From IMG/VR virus record IMGVR_UViG_3300008262_000040: 64,000 nt of DNA. The stretch is one strand, 5' to 3'. Origin of the DNA: a virus. The notes under the pieces were generated by a model. It made no database searches, had not been told where the DNA came from, and was given only the letters and a program-made list of their open reading frames with translations. Position 1 is the stretch's first letter. Each line of letters opens with the position of its first letter. A program made the translations under genes and the position numbers. Positions 1 to 10,386 of the stretch are shown here, piece by piece.

Positions 1-159
1 GTTTCTCTTAGGATGAGTAACTACTCTTTCAAACACATTTTCTACGCTAAAGCTAATGTTGAACAGCGCTTTTGTTCCTGCGAAGTTTGGGTCTGGTATC
101 TCGTTGTCTAAGTATTCGTAAAACGCTTGAAACGCGTGGGTAACATTTTCAAATAACAT
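1..159 (-). CDS. Thymidylate synthase-family protein (ThyA / dUMP hydroxymethylase-like), N-terminal part; runs off the window
   Basis: Own translation MLFENVTHAFQAFYEYLDNEIPDPNFAGTKALFNISFSVENVFERVVTHPKRN resembles the N-terminus of phage TS-family proteins; lies next to dCMP deaminase and dUTPase. Confidence 0.6.
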   Translation of the reverse strand, partial: MLFENVTHAFQAFYEYLDNEIPDPNFAGTKALFNISFSVENVFERVVTHPKRN

Positions 160-619
160 GTTTTTCTACTTTTATGAATTTTTTTAATAGTTCTATGCCT
201 GATATATCTCTGTACTCTTCCAAATATACAACTCTTTTTATACCTGATTGTAAGATATATTTCGAGCACTCTATGCAAGGGGACAGGGTGACGTAAAGAG
301 TCGAGTCTTGTACAGCGTTTCCAGTCTTAGCGGCTTTTATCACAGCATTCATTTCTGCGTGAAGCACCAAACTCTTTGTCTTGTTATCAGTGTCCTCACA
401 ACAATTGTCCATGCCAGCTGGCGTTCCATTATACCCCATGCTCATGACGTTACCGTCTTTTTCAAGTATGGCTCCCACTTTACTCCTTTGACAATGTGAA
501 AGCGTCGATACAGCAATGGCCATGGTCATGTACACACCATCTAATCGTCTTTGCTTAGAAGACTCCTGTGCTTCCAAATCCTCCGGAACCCCTTTCTGTA
601 TTCTTTTCTGGTAATTCAT
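149..619 (-). CDS. dCMP deaminase (start codon uncertain)
   Basis: HAEMNA and PCIEC zinc motifs, GYNG motif. Confidence 0.93.
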   Translation of the reverse strand: MNYQKRIQKGVPEDLEAQESSKQRRLDGVYMTMAIAVSTLSHCQRSKVGAILEKDGNVMSMGYNGTPAGMDNCCEDTDNKTKSLVLHAEMNAVIKAAKTGNAVQDSTLYVTLSPCIECSKYILQSGIKRVVYLEEYRDISGIELLKKFIKVEKHVI

Positions 620-992
620 CTACTAATTCTACGTTTTCGAAGTTAATTGGAATCAACACGAACTGCATGATCTTTTGTTCTGGCTGAATTGTTTGCGATT
701 GGTTAGATACGTTAAAGACGTGTATGTGAATCTCTCCTGTGTAATCTGGGTCCACTAACTGAGCTCCGTAGATTAGACCCTGTTTTGTTGATACACCGCT
801 CTTATTCATAGCCACCAACCCGTATCCATCAGGTACGTTTGCTTTGATACCGCTTGGGATCAGCACCGATTCACCTGGCTGCAGAGTTTTTGGTTCTTGA
901 ATGTAGTCTTTAGGCAGGAAAAAGTCTATGCCTGCGCTGTCTGGTGTGCCTCTGGAAGGCGTCTTTACGTCTCTTACTTTTTTGATTTTCAT
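555..992 (-). CDS. dut: Trimeric dUTPase
   Basis: SAGIDF, KSG, VDPDYTGEI, QFV and RGSGGFGSTG motifs; likely start MKIKK at 992. Confidence 0.95.
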   Translation of the reverse strand: MKIKKVRDVKTPSRGTPDSAGIDFFLPKDYIQEPKTLQPGESVLIPSGIKANVPDGYGLVAMNKSGVSTKQGLIYGAQLVDPDYTGEIHIHVFNVSNQSQTIQPEQKIMQFVLIPINFENVELVDELPEKNTERGSGGFGSTGVF

Positions 993-1255
993 TGTTTTTC
1001 TTTTTTGTCTTTTTTTCTTTTCCATTCGACAGTTACGTAGGTGCCAAAGAAAGCTCCTATCACTGCCGCAATTATAAAGCTCCTGTCTTCTGTGTATTGG
1101 GTTACAGCAAATGCACCGAATAGGTAAATGAGAGATCCATAAATACCTGACATAAAACTGTTTCTCTCTTCGATTTTAATGAAGTAAAGGGCCCAACACA
1201 CGTCTGCTAGGAATAGCGTAAGAGCTACTCCCATAAATGTAATAATGTAAGTCAT
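989..1255 (-). CDS. Small membrane protein
   Basis: Three hydrophobic segments; likely start MTYIITF at 1255. Confidence 0.6.
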   Translation of the reverse strand: MTYIITFMGVALTLFLADVCWALYFIKIEERNSFMSGIYGSLIYLFGAFAVTQYTEDRSFIIAAVIGAFFGTYVTVEWKRKKDKKEKQ

Positions 1256-1260
1256 AACTT

Positions 1261-1539
1261 TTATTTTTTGGTTGATAAATACTGGTCTAACGACGCCATG
1301 TAGGCAATAGCGTCTAGGTAGTTGTCGTACTTGTAATTCCAAGAAGCTCTAGATAGTTTTAAGGCTATAAGTACGTTGTAAGCATCTTGTGTTGTAATTT
1401 CCTTCCTTGACATTTCAGAGGCTATTCTAGCCGTCTGTTCCATGCCTTCTATGAATTGTCCGTACATGCGCTCTTTCTCTTCGTTTCTTTCGAAGACTAT
1501 GTCATGAGCTTCTTGCAATATGCTTTTTTTATGTTTCAT
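1261..1539 (-). CDS. DUF6378-like helical protein (nucleotide-metabolism associated)
   Basis: SILQEA...YG...LKLSR...DNYLDAIAY pattern. Confidence 0.6.
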   Translation of the reverse strand: MKHKKSILQEAHDIVFERNEEKERMYGQFIEGMEQTARIASEMSRKEITTQDAYNVLIALKLSRASWNYKYDNYLDAIAYMASLDQYLSTKK

Positions 1540-1639
1540 AACTGTAATTTACTATATTTTTGTAATTCCCCAAAGAATATTATTTTGGTAAAATAGAACG
1601 GTTACACACTTTTTATTACGATTCTTACATAAGTGTATA

Positions 1640-2035
1640 CTACTGATAAGACTTCCCGGTGCCTTTGTATATGAGTTTAATTGCCGATTTTGGTATTGCT
1701 TCAAATGTAATGATGCGCTTATCTTGCACCTTAAAATTTGGATCATTATACCAAGTATTGTTAAGACCTGTTGTATCTATCTGATAGATGTCATCATCGT
1801 AGGTAGAATCCCACCAATCTTTTTTATTGTCAGAATTAACCGCAAATATAACTTTGCCATCAATTTTGGTATCGGTTAACCATGCTTCACTCTTTCCTTG
1901 AGGTATCAGTCCAACAGAATTTATCTTATCTCTAAAAATAGGATTAGACGTATGATAAATATATCTATTTACTTTAACAGGTATTAGGTTTTTTGATTTT
2001 TTTTCTAATATAAATAGATCAATTAGCTTTATCAT
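1640..2035 (-). CDS. Hypothetical protein with ADP-ribosyltransferase/KptA-like signature
   Basis: IYHTS...I..VGLIP...VIF...IYQID...IPKSAI pattern; likely start MIKLIDL at 2035, below a GTATTTAT motif. Confidence 0.5.
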   Translation of the reverse strand: MIKLIDLFILEKKSKNLIPVKVNRYIYHTSNPIFRDKINSVGLIPQGKSEAWLTDTKIDGKVIFAVNSDNKKDWWDSTYDDDIYQIDTTGLNNTWYNDPNFKVQDKRIITFEAIPKSAIKLIYKGTGKSYQ

Positions 2036-2078
2036 AGTAATAGTTTTATTTATATAAATACGAAATAAGATGATAAAA

Positions 2079-2966
2079 TCAATAATCGCAGTACTTTTTA
2101 AAGTCACCGAAGTCTCCCCATACTCGGTTCGAATCTACATCGCTTGGTTTTAGATTTGGCTTCCTCATTGCTGGTGCAACGTTCCAAAAGTAGTCTCCCT
2201 GTTTCCCGTGGCTTTTTAACATTTCCCATCCCTTAGCATCGTAAGTTAAAACGCAATCAAATGGCGGTTTAAATCTAGCATCCTTAGTGAAGGCTTTATC
2301 GTAGCTGTAGAAGTTTGCACGACCTAACTCTCCCTCTTGAATATTTCTGGCTACTGCAACTGCGTTGAACTCAGTTTTTGGTAGAGCTATCTGTAAAGTA
2401 CGGGACAAAACCCCTGTAGAAAACACACTCCACATTGTTTTTATGTCCATATCTTTGAAGTTATCGTAAAACACTCTAACTCCACCTGCCACAACCATCT
2501 CGTGTTTCAATCCAAATGGAAGGTATTTTGCTCCCATCTTCTCAGCGAACTTCTTTGCCCATATGTTTGCGGTTGGCATGGCTGGTATCCTTACGAACAA
2601 CGGTATACCACCTTCCTCTATAGCTGTGAGTTGATGCTCTGAGGCTTTCTCTGAAGCTGGCATTACTAAGTACAGTTTCTTATTGTACTTCTTTGCCAAA
2701 TAACATAAAGAGTACGGAGCGTATCCTGTCCTCGGTGCTACATAAACTAACGAGTCTTCCTTTACTTGAGAAATAAAGAAATCTGCCATCTTTGTTTTAG
2801 TACCGTATTTGAATTCACCGTCGTCTATTACGTTGAAGCCATCTATTTGCTTTTTTACGAAAGTGTAGTCGTGATTATAATCTTTAGTGATGTTTAGATA
2901 GTACTCGAGATCCCTACCGTTTGTTTGGTCAAGACTTTCTTTTGTGGTGCACTTATTTAAGAACAT
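2079..2966 (-). CDS. PLP-dependent enzyme, fold type II (tryptophan synthase beta-like)
   Basis: GTK lysine, VYVAPRTGYA, STGVLS glycine loop, YDAK, FWNVA. Confidence 0.75.
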   Translation of the reverse strand: MFLNKCTTKESLDQTNGRDLEYYLNITKDYNHDYTFVKKQIDGFNVIDDGEFKYGTKTKMADFFISQVKEDSLVYVAPRTGYAPYSLCYLAKKYNKKLYLVMPASEKASEHQLTAIEEGGIPLFVRIPAMPTANIWAKKFAEKMGAKYLPFGLKHEMVVAGGVRVFYDNFKDMDIKTMWSVFSTGVLSRTLQIALPKTEFNAVAVARNIQEGELGRANFYSYDKAFTKDARFKPPFDCVLTYDAKGWEMLKSHGKQGDYFWNVAPAMRKPNLKPSDVDSNRVWGDFGDFKKYCDY

Positions 2967-2986
2967 ACATACTATTTATTGTTATT

Positions 2987-3012
2987 AAAAAAAGCGGCGA
3001 TTAAGCCGCTTT
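2987..3012 (-). terminator. Intrinsic terminator after groEL
   Basis: AAAGCGGC-ttaatc-GCCGCTTT hairpin followed by a T run on the minus strand. Confidence 0.85.
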
Positions 3013-3015
3013 GTA

Positions 3016-4635
3016 TTACATCATTCCAGCCATAGGATCGAGTTGCGAACTCTCATCCTTATCCTTTTTCTGGAATACGATAGACTCTGTGGTGAGTATG
3101 GTACCAGCGACAGAAGCAGCGTTCTTTAGTGCAGTTATCACAACCTTTGCTGGGTCGATGATGCCGGATTCAAAGGCGTCTACCAATCTGTGATTCTTTG
3201 CGTCGTAGACTTGACCTTCGCCTGGTATGTTTTCGAACCAGTTCTCAATGCCAGCGTTAGATAAGATCTTTTTGAAAGGGGCTTGTAAAGCGTTACGTAC
3301 AATGTCCCTAGCTATAGATACGTTATCGCTATTTTCTGCTCTGTGGTTAAGTGCCACTCTGTATAATGTTGCCCCACCGCCTGGTACGATACCATCTGCC
3401 AATGCTGCTTTAGTCGCAAATAGTGCATCTTCTACTCTGTCTTTCTTTTCTTTGATCTCAACCTCAGAGTTTCCTCCAACGTTTATGATGGCTACTCCAC
3501 CTATCATTTTGCCTAAGCGTTCTTGTAGCTTTTCCCTTTCAAAGAACGATGTTGCTTTCTCGATCTGTTCTTTGATCTCGTTAGCTCTTGCTTCGATCTT
3601 CTCTGTTTCTCCTTTACCGTCGACGATTGTTGTTTCGTCCTTAGATACTGTCACAAGTCTTGTAGTTCCGAGATACTGACTCAGGTTCGCAGCAGAGATT
3701 TTATCAAGCTTGTGTCCCTTGTCTTTAGATAACAACTGTCCGCCTGTTAACACTGCAATGTCTTCTAGAATGAGAGTCTTTCTATCTCCAAAATCTGGCG
3801 CTTTGACTGCACACACTTGTACGATTCCACGCATCTTGTTAACGATCATCGTGGCCAGTGCCTCGTCTCCAAAGTCCTCAGCTATCACTAACAACGGTTT
3901 GTTCTCTGAGTTGGCTTTCGTCATAACTTGTAAGAGTTCCTGTGCTGTAGAGATACGTCCATCGTACAACAAAATGTAAGGATTCTCCAATACTGCCTGC
4001 ATCGTAGTGTTGTTTGTTACGAAGTACGGACTCTTGTAGCCTCTTTCGAACTGCATGCCCTCAACCACCTCTAGTTCTGTTTCACCAGACTTTGACTCTT
4101 CAATGGTAACCACGCCCTCTCTGCCTACTTTGTCTATGGCTGCAGCGATAAGATTTCCAACTTCTGTATCGTTGTTACCAGATATGGAAGCCACGTGTTT
4201 AATCTGCTCTTCAGAACTTATGTCTACTGCAAGACTTTTGATCTCTTTTACTATTTCATCAACGATGTTATCTATCTCCTTCTTTACTGCTACTGCGTTA
4301 ACTCCCTGGCGAATTTCCTTCAATCCGGCCTTAACCATCTCTGTAGCTATTAGAGTAGACGTAGTTGTACCATCGCCAGCTTCGTTTGCTGACTTAATCG
4401 ATACCTGCTTTACTAATTGTGCTCCGATGTCTTCAATATCGTCTTCTAATTTGTTGAAGCTCTTTGCTACTGAAACACCGTCTTTAGTAACTTTTACCTC
4501 TCCGTTTGGTTCACGGATTAGTACAGTTCTACCACCTGGTCCCAACGTTGAAGACACTGATGCGTTCAGCTTCTCTACGCCAGCCAATAACTTTTCTTTT
4601 AATTCTTGTCCGAATACGCTTTTTGTTGTGCTCAT
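3016..4635 (-). CDS. groEL: Chaperonin GroEL
   Basis: STLGPGG, VTKDGVSVA, AGDGTTTS, EGMQFERGY, GIVPGGG motifs. Confidence 0.98.
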   Translation of the reverse strand: MSTTKSVFGQELKEKLLAGVEKLNASVSSTLGPGGRTVLIREPNGEVKVTKDGVSVAKSFNKLEDDIEDIGAQLVKQVSIKSANEAGDGTTTSTLIATEMVKAGLKEIRQGVNAVAVKKEIDNIVDEIVKEIKSLAVDISSEEQIKHVASISGNNDTEVGNLIAAAIDKVGREGVVTIEESKSGETELEVVEGMQFERGYKSPYFVTNNTTMQAVLENPYILLYDGRISTAQELLQVMTKANSENKPLLVIAEDFGDEALATMIVNKMRGIVQVCAVKAPDFGDRKTLILEDIAVLTGGQLLSKDKGHKLDKISAANLSQYLGTTRLVTVSKDETTIVDGKGETEKIEARANEIKEQIEKATSFFEREKLQERLGKMIGGVAIINVGGNSEVEIKEKKDRVEDALFATKAALADGIVPGGGATLYRVALNHRAENSDNVSIARDIVRNALQAPFKKILSNAGIENWFENIPGEGQVYDAKNHRLVDAFESGIIDPAKVVITALKNAASVAGTILTTESIVFQKKDKDESSQLDPMAGMM

Positions 4636-4641
4636 ATTTTT

Positions 4642-4935
4642 TTAGTTTTCTAAGATTGCCAATATTTCTGTTTCTTTGATTAAAATGTAATCTTCGCCGT
4701 CAACTGTTACTTTCATAGATCCCATCTTAGGAATCAATACTTTCTGTCCCTTTTCCAATTTCGTCTTGTAGTAAGTACCCTGTTGCCAGTTGTAAGTATC
4801 AGATGAAGCTACTACTTCTCCAACCTCAGGTTTTTCTTTTCCCATGTCAGGAATGACTATGTTGCCGTAAGTCATTTCGTCCTCTTCTATCCATTTTAGG
4901 ACTGCGATTCCGTTAATCGGTTTTAATTTACTCAT
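4642..4935 (-). CDS. groES: Co-chaperonin GroES
   Basis: LKPING...GNIVIPD..KEKP..GEVVA...EILAIL; immediately upstream of groEL; start MSKLKP at 4935. Confidence 0.93.
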   Translation of the reverse strand: MSKLKPINGIAVLKWIEEDEMTYGNIVIPDMGKEKPEVGEVVASSDTYNWQQGTYYKTKLEKGQKVLIPKMGSMKVTVDGEDYILIKETEILAILEN

Positions 4936-4949
4936 GTTTCTGTTTTTAT

Positions 4950-5141
4950 TTAATCGTTTATTATTTCGGCCTCTTCGATCAATTGGCAAAAGTACATGAT
5001 ATTGTCCCTTCTAAAGACAATGTCAGTTTTTAACCAGTCTTTAACCATATCAACGTTTTTTATTCGTTCTTCTGGCCAAGCTCTCTTAATCTGGTAGAGG
5101 GATCCGTTTACTGAAATGTAATTTTTACAAATAGATAACAT
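4950..5141 (-). CDS. Hypothetical protein (63 aa)
   Basis: ORF fills the space between hsp20 and groES. Confidence 0.7.
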   Translation of the reverse strand: MLSICKNYISVNGSLYQIKRAWPEERIKNVDMVKDWLKTDIVFRRDNIMYFCQLIEEAEIIND

Positions 5142-5164
5142 AACTTTACTTGGTAGGCTTAGCT

Positions 5165-5575
5165 TTAATTGATGGTGATTTCTTTTAAGATTTTAGTCTT
5201 TTCTGCGGGAACGTCTAATATCAGAAGTCCCTTTTCCATCTTAGCCTCTAACTTTGCTAGATTGTATTTGTCAGCAACTCTCCAAGCTAGGTCGAAGGAT
5301 CGTCTTGCTATTCCACGTTGAATGTACTCACGAGATTCTGTTTCACCAGGTCCATCGTGAATAACCCTAAGCGTATTGCCTTCTACTTGGATTTTTAGGT
5401 CTTTCTTTTCCAAACCTACAACGGCCAATTCAAACCTTAGGCCTGTTTCAGTTTCGTAAATGTCTACGGGATAATTGATCTTTGTCTTGATGCTGTTGAA
5501 AGTGGAAGTGGTGTCAAAGAAATTCTTCCACATGATGTCGAATGGGTCCATTGCCCAATGTTGTAATTGTGTCAT
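5165..5575 (-). CDS. Small heat-shock protein Hsp20 (alpha-crystallin domain)
   Basis: YPVDIYE...ELAVVG...YIQRGIARRSF...AKMEKGLL. Confidence 0.95.
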   Translation of the reverse strand: MTQLQHWAMDPFDIMWKNFFDTTSTFNSIKTKINYPVDIYETETGLRFELAVVGLEKKDLKIQVEGNTLRVIHDGPGETESREYIQRGIARRSFDLAWRVADKYNLAKLEAKMEKGLLILDVPAEKTKILKEITIN

Positions 5576-5709
5576 TTTAAACCTCCTGTGTTTTGTGCTC
5601 CTATAAAGTGAGCGGTTAATGTTTGTTTTTTCGTAACTGCTAGCCTACCAAGTACTAGCGTTTGTATATAAATATACATACTTTTAAATTAGTATAACAA
5701 TATTAATCT

Positions 5710-8016
5710 CTAGTGACCATCTCTAAGGTTATGTGCGATAGCAGGAACTGCCACCAGAGGTACGTTCAACTTGGTTGTATTCTCCATCTTATCTTGTACT
5801 ATCTCTGCGGCTTCTTTTGCTCTCGATTCTTCTACTTCCATAACCAGCTGATCATGGATTTGGGCGATTACTTGACCGTTTATGCCTCTTTTTTGGAACT
5901 CTCTATTTATTGCAATAGCAGCTCTATTTACCACCGAAGCTGCCATACTCTGTATCTGAAAGTTCATTGAAGAGTTGACTCCGTTCTTGTATTGGCTTAT
6001 CAATCTGGTTGCTTTAACTTGTCCGTACTGTTTCTCTAATTGCTTTTTGAAATCGTAGTTCGTTATGGAATCACCAAACACTTCGTATATCTTCTTTAGA
6101 TTGTCCAAGTGTCGTATCCTACCGACCTGTGTTTTGATATAACCGTTCTCCTTTGCAAATAGCTTTGACTCTTCCATCCACTTCTTAAGATTTGGAAACC
6201 CGTTTAAGTAACCGTTAACAAGTTCTTCTGCTTCTTTTCTCTTAACACCTATAGTCATACCAAGCGCGTAAGGCGACATTCCATAAGGTATACCAAGAGA
6301 GTATGCTTTAGCTTTGTTTCTGAGAGCTGGTGCTACCTTCTTTAAGAAGTTTGAGTCTTTAGGATCGGGTGAGTATTGGTTGAGCTTCTCTGTTTTTATA
6401 GCGATGGTCGAATAGAAATCGTAGTCCTTAAAGAATATCTCGTACAATCCCTCGTCACCAGACACGTGAGAGAACACTCGAGGTTCCAATGACGAATAGT
6501 CACAATCTATGAAAATGTTACCTTCTTTTGGTACGAAGAAAGCTCTGATCATGTTGTTGTACTCTACCACTATTGGATCATCGTCGCCTTCTTCTTTAGG
6601 TCTTGGTAACTGCTGAGCATCTGATCCGTACCTACCAGAAACTGTTGCGTGTTGCTTGTAGTAGAAGTAGTAATTGCCGCCTTCCTCTGATTCTAAGAAG
6701 CGATCTACGTAGGTGGATTTTATTTTAAGCAGCTTGTTGTATACTCTAAGACTCTTGGCCCAGTTATGCTTCTTGAATATAGATTGTATGAGATCGTCAT
6801 CGAACTGTGGTTTACCAGTCTTTGTGGTTGATAGAGGCTTTATTCCTAAAGCCCCGAAAGCTATCTCACCCAAGTGATCCTTTGATTGAATGTTAAAGTA
6901 GTTTCCGTTGTTTTGGTCCTTCCACATTTTCACAGCTATCTTGATCTTAATATCTTCCTCAAGGAAAGTTGGATCGTTGGTCTCAAAGAAAGACTTTATG
7001 GGTCCATCTTCAAGGTTTGCGACAGAATTTGTGGTTATAGAATATTTACCGCTAGCTAACTTATCGAAAGGCAACTTAAGCTCTTCTACTAATTCTTGGG
7101 CAAACGCGCCCTTGTTGCTTGGTGGATAGTCCTCCATCGCTCTGTACATCACCCAAGTGCGCACCTCTGGCTTTTCTAACAGTTCCTTTGTTACTATGCT
7201 ATGATATCTAATCAAGTCATCAGAGACTCTCTGTTTAGCTTGGGTGATGAGTTCCATGTCCAATCTAACACCGCACTCTTCCATAGGTATTGTAACTTCC
7301 TTGTATAGAGGCATTACCTCGTCTTCGTAAAAGAACTTAGTTAGTCCCTCCTTTTCAAGTATCTGAGAGAAGTAGTTGTAGATCCTAAGAGTTAAGTCCG
7401 TATCAGCAACGGCGTACTTTCCAAGAATGGATAGGTCAGCTTTGTAAATCTCGTAATTGTCTTTAGATATCGAACCTCCGTTTGCCTTTATGGAAGTCTT
7501 TAGTTCTATTTGCTCTTCGTTGGCTTCCTTCTCTACGTCTAGTCCTATCTCAGCTTGAACAGACTTAGCTATCTCTTTCAAAGCAAATGGTGAACTTGAT
7601 CCGAACCCAGCTCCTTCCTCTCTTACAGTATGCACCATCAACATCGTATCAGCATGCACGCTTGGAGTTAGATCTATTCCGTAAAAGCACTTAACGAATC
7701 TCGTATCGAAAGATAGATTGTGTCCAATTATTTTTTTGCCAACAAGTAGTTCTATTAGCTTCTTAGCGACTGAATGGCAAGATTGTCCTTCTATTTCGTT
7801 CTCTATAAGCTTTTCACCTGAATAGATCATCGTCGGATAGTAGTAACCTGTACCCTCTTTAGTAGTTACTGAGAAACCTACAATTTTACCCTTTCTTGTG
7901 TTTAATGAATTGGTCTCCGTATCAAATGCTATTACGTCTGACTCTAATATGTACTTTGCTAACTCTTTTGTCTTTTCTGTTGAATCTACTATTACATAAC
8001 TTTTTTCTGTTGTCAT
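5710..8016 (-). CDS. polA: DNA polymerase family A with 3'-5' exonuclease domain (no 5'-3' nuclease domain)
   Basis: ExoI FDTET, ExoII GHNLSFD, ExoIII YAVAD; motif A DYSSLEPR, motif B RNKAKAYSLGIPYG, motif C IHDQ. Confidence 0.95.
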   Translation of the reverse strand: MTTEKSYVIVDSTEKTKELAKYILESDVIAFDTETNSLNTRKGKIVGFSVTTKEGTGYYYPTMIYSGEKLIENEIEGQSCHSVAKKLIELLVGKKIIGHNLSFDTRFVKCFYGIDLTPSVHADTMLMVHTVREEGAGFGSSSPFALKEIAKSVQAEIGLDVEKEANEEQIELKTSIKANGGSISKDNYEIYKADLSILGKYAVADTDLTLRIYNYFSQILEKEGLTKFFYEDEVMPLYKEVTIPMEECGVRLDMELITQAKQRVSDDLIRYHSIVTKELLEKPEVRTWVMYRAMEDYPPSNKGAFAQELVEELKLPFDKLASGKYSITTNSVANLEDGPIKSFFETNDPTFLEEDIKIKIAVKMWKDQNNGNYFNIQSKDHLGEIAFGALGIKPLSTTKTGKPQFDDDLIQSIFKKHNWAKSLRVYNKLLKIKSTYVDRFLESEEGGNYYFYYKQHATVSGRYGSDAQQLPRPKEEGDDDPIVVEYNNMIRAFFVPKEGNIFIDCDYSSLEPRVFSHVSGDEGLYEIFFKDYDFYSTIAIKTEKLNQYSPDPKDSNFLKKVAPALRNKAKAYSLGIPYGMSPYALGMTIGVKRKEAEELVNGYLNGFPNLKKWMEESKLFAKENGYIKTQVGRIRHLDNLKKIYEVFGDSITNYDFKKQLEKQYGQVKATRLISQYKNGVNSSMNFQIQSMAASVVNRAAIAINREFQKRGINGQVIAQIHDQLVMEVEESRAKEAAEIVQDKMENTTKLNVPLVAVPAIAHNLRDGH

Positions 8017-8018
8017 AA

Positions 8019-8219
8019 CTAACTTTCTTTATCTTTATTTTTGTATGGAAATAACTCGTTTAACTTATCTTTACGTCTTTCACAGCCGCAATCTTCATGA
8101 CCAAGCGACTCAGCTATCTTTTGAGCTAACTCGTCTATCCTAAGAAGCTCTGTTATCTTAGCTATAGTGTCTCCAAGACCTTCAGATGGTTTGTTTGTTT
8201 TCTGTTGCTTTTTCTTCAT
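8019..8219 (-). CDS. Small hypothetical phage protein with a CGC motif
   Basis: GLGDTIAKIT...DCGCERRK..LN..FPY. Confidence 0.65.
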   Translation of the reverse strand: MKKKQQKTNKPSEGLGDTIAKITELLRIDELAQKIAESLGHEDCGCERRKDKLNELFPYKNKDKES

Positions 8220-8382
8220 CTTGCTTCATTTTTACGCTAAAGAAAAGTATCATGACCTGGTTTGCCAAAGTCTGAAAGTCCCTTTTTAACTTTGTTATTT
8301 TAGCATGTTGGTATACTTGTAATACAAACAATACTATACATATAACGAAATATGCATTTTCTCGAGTGATAACGAATGTCAT
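8182..8382 (-). CDS. Small membrane-anchored hypothetical protein
   Basis: N-terminal hydrophobic helix; ATATTTAA motif upstream. Confidence 0.6.
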   Translation of the reverse strand: MTFVITRENAYFVICIVLFVLQVYQHAKITKLKRDFQTLANQVMILFFSVKMKQDEEKATENKQTI

Positions 8383-8402
8383 GTTTTTATTTTAAATATA
8401 AC

Positions 8403-10299
<1,897 letters not shown>

Positions 10300-10386
10300 T
10301 TTGCCTATAAATTTTATTTTTTAAACAATATAATATACCTTAGAGATTTCTCTCTAAAAAATTTTAATAATAAGTTCCGCTATTTA

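Noticed and set aside
1552-1746. Small nested minus-strand ORFs (1552..1746, 13760..13981, 14429..14629, 15134..15361, 25882..26106)
   Set aside because: Alternate-frame overlaps of better-supported genes
5147-5654. hsp20 inverted repeats as transposon ends or an invertible segment
   Set aside because: No transposase or recombinase, no target duplication; both arms lie within the predicted transcript, which favours RNA pairing
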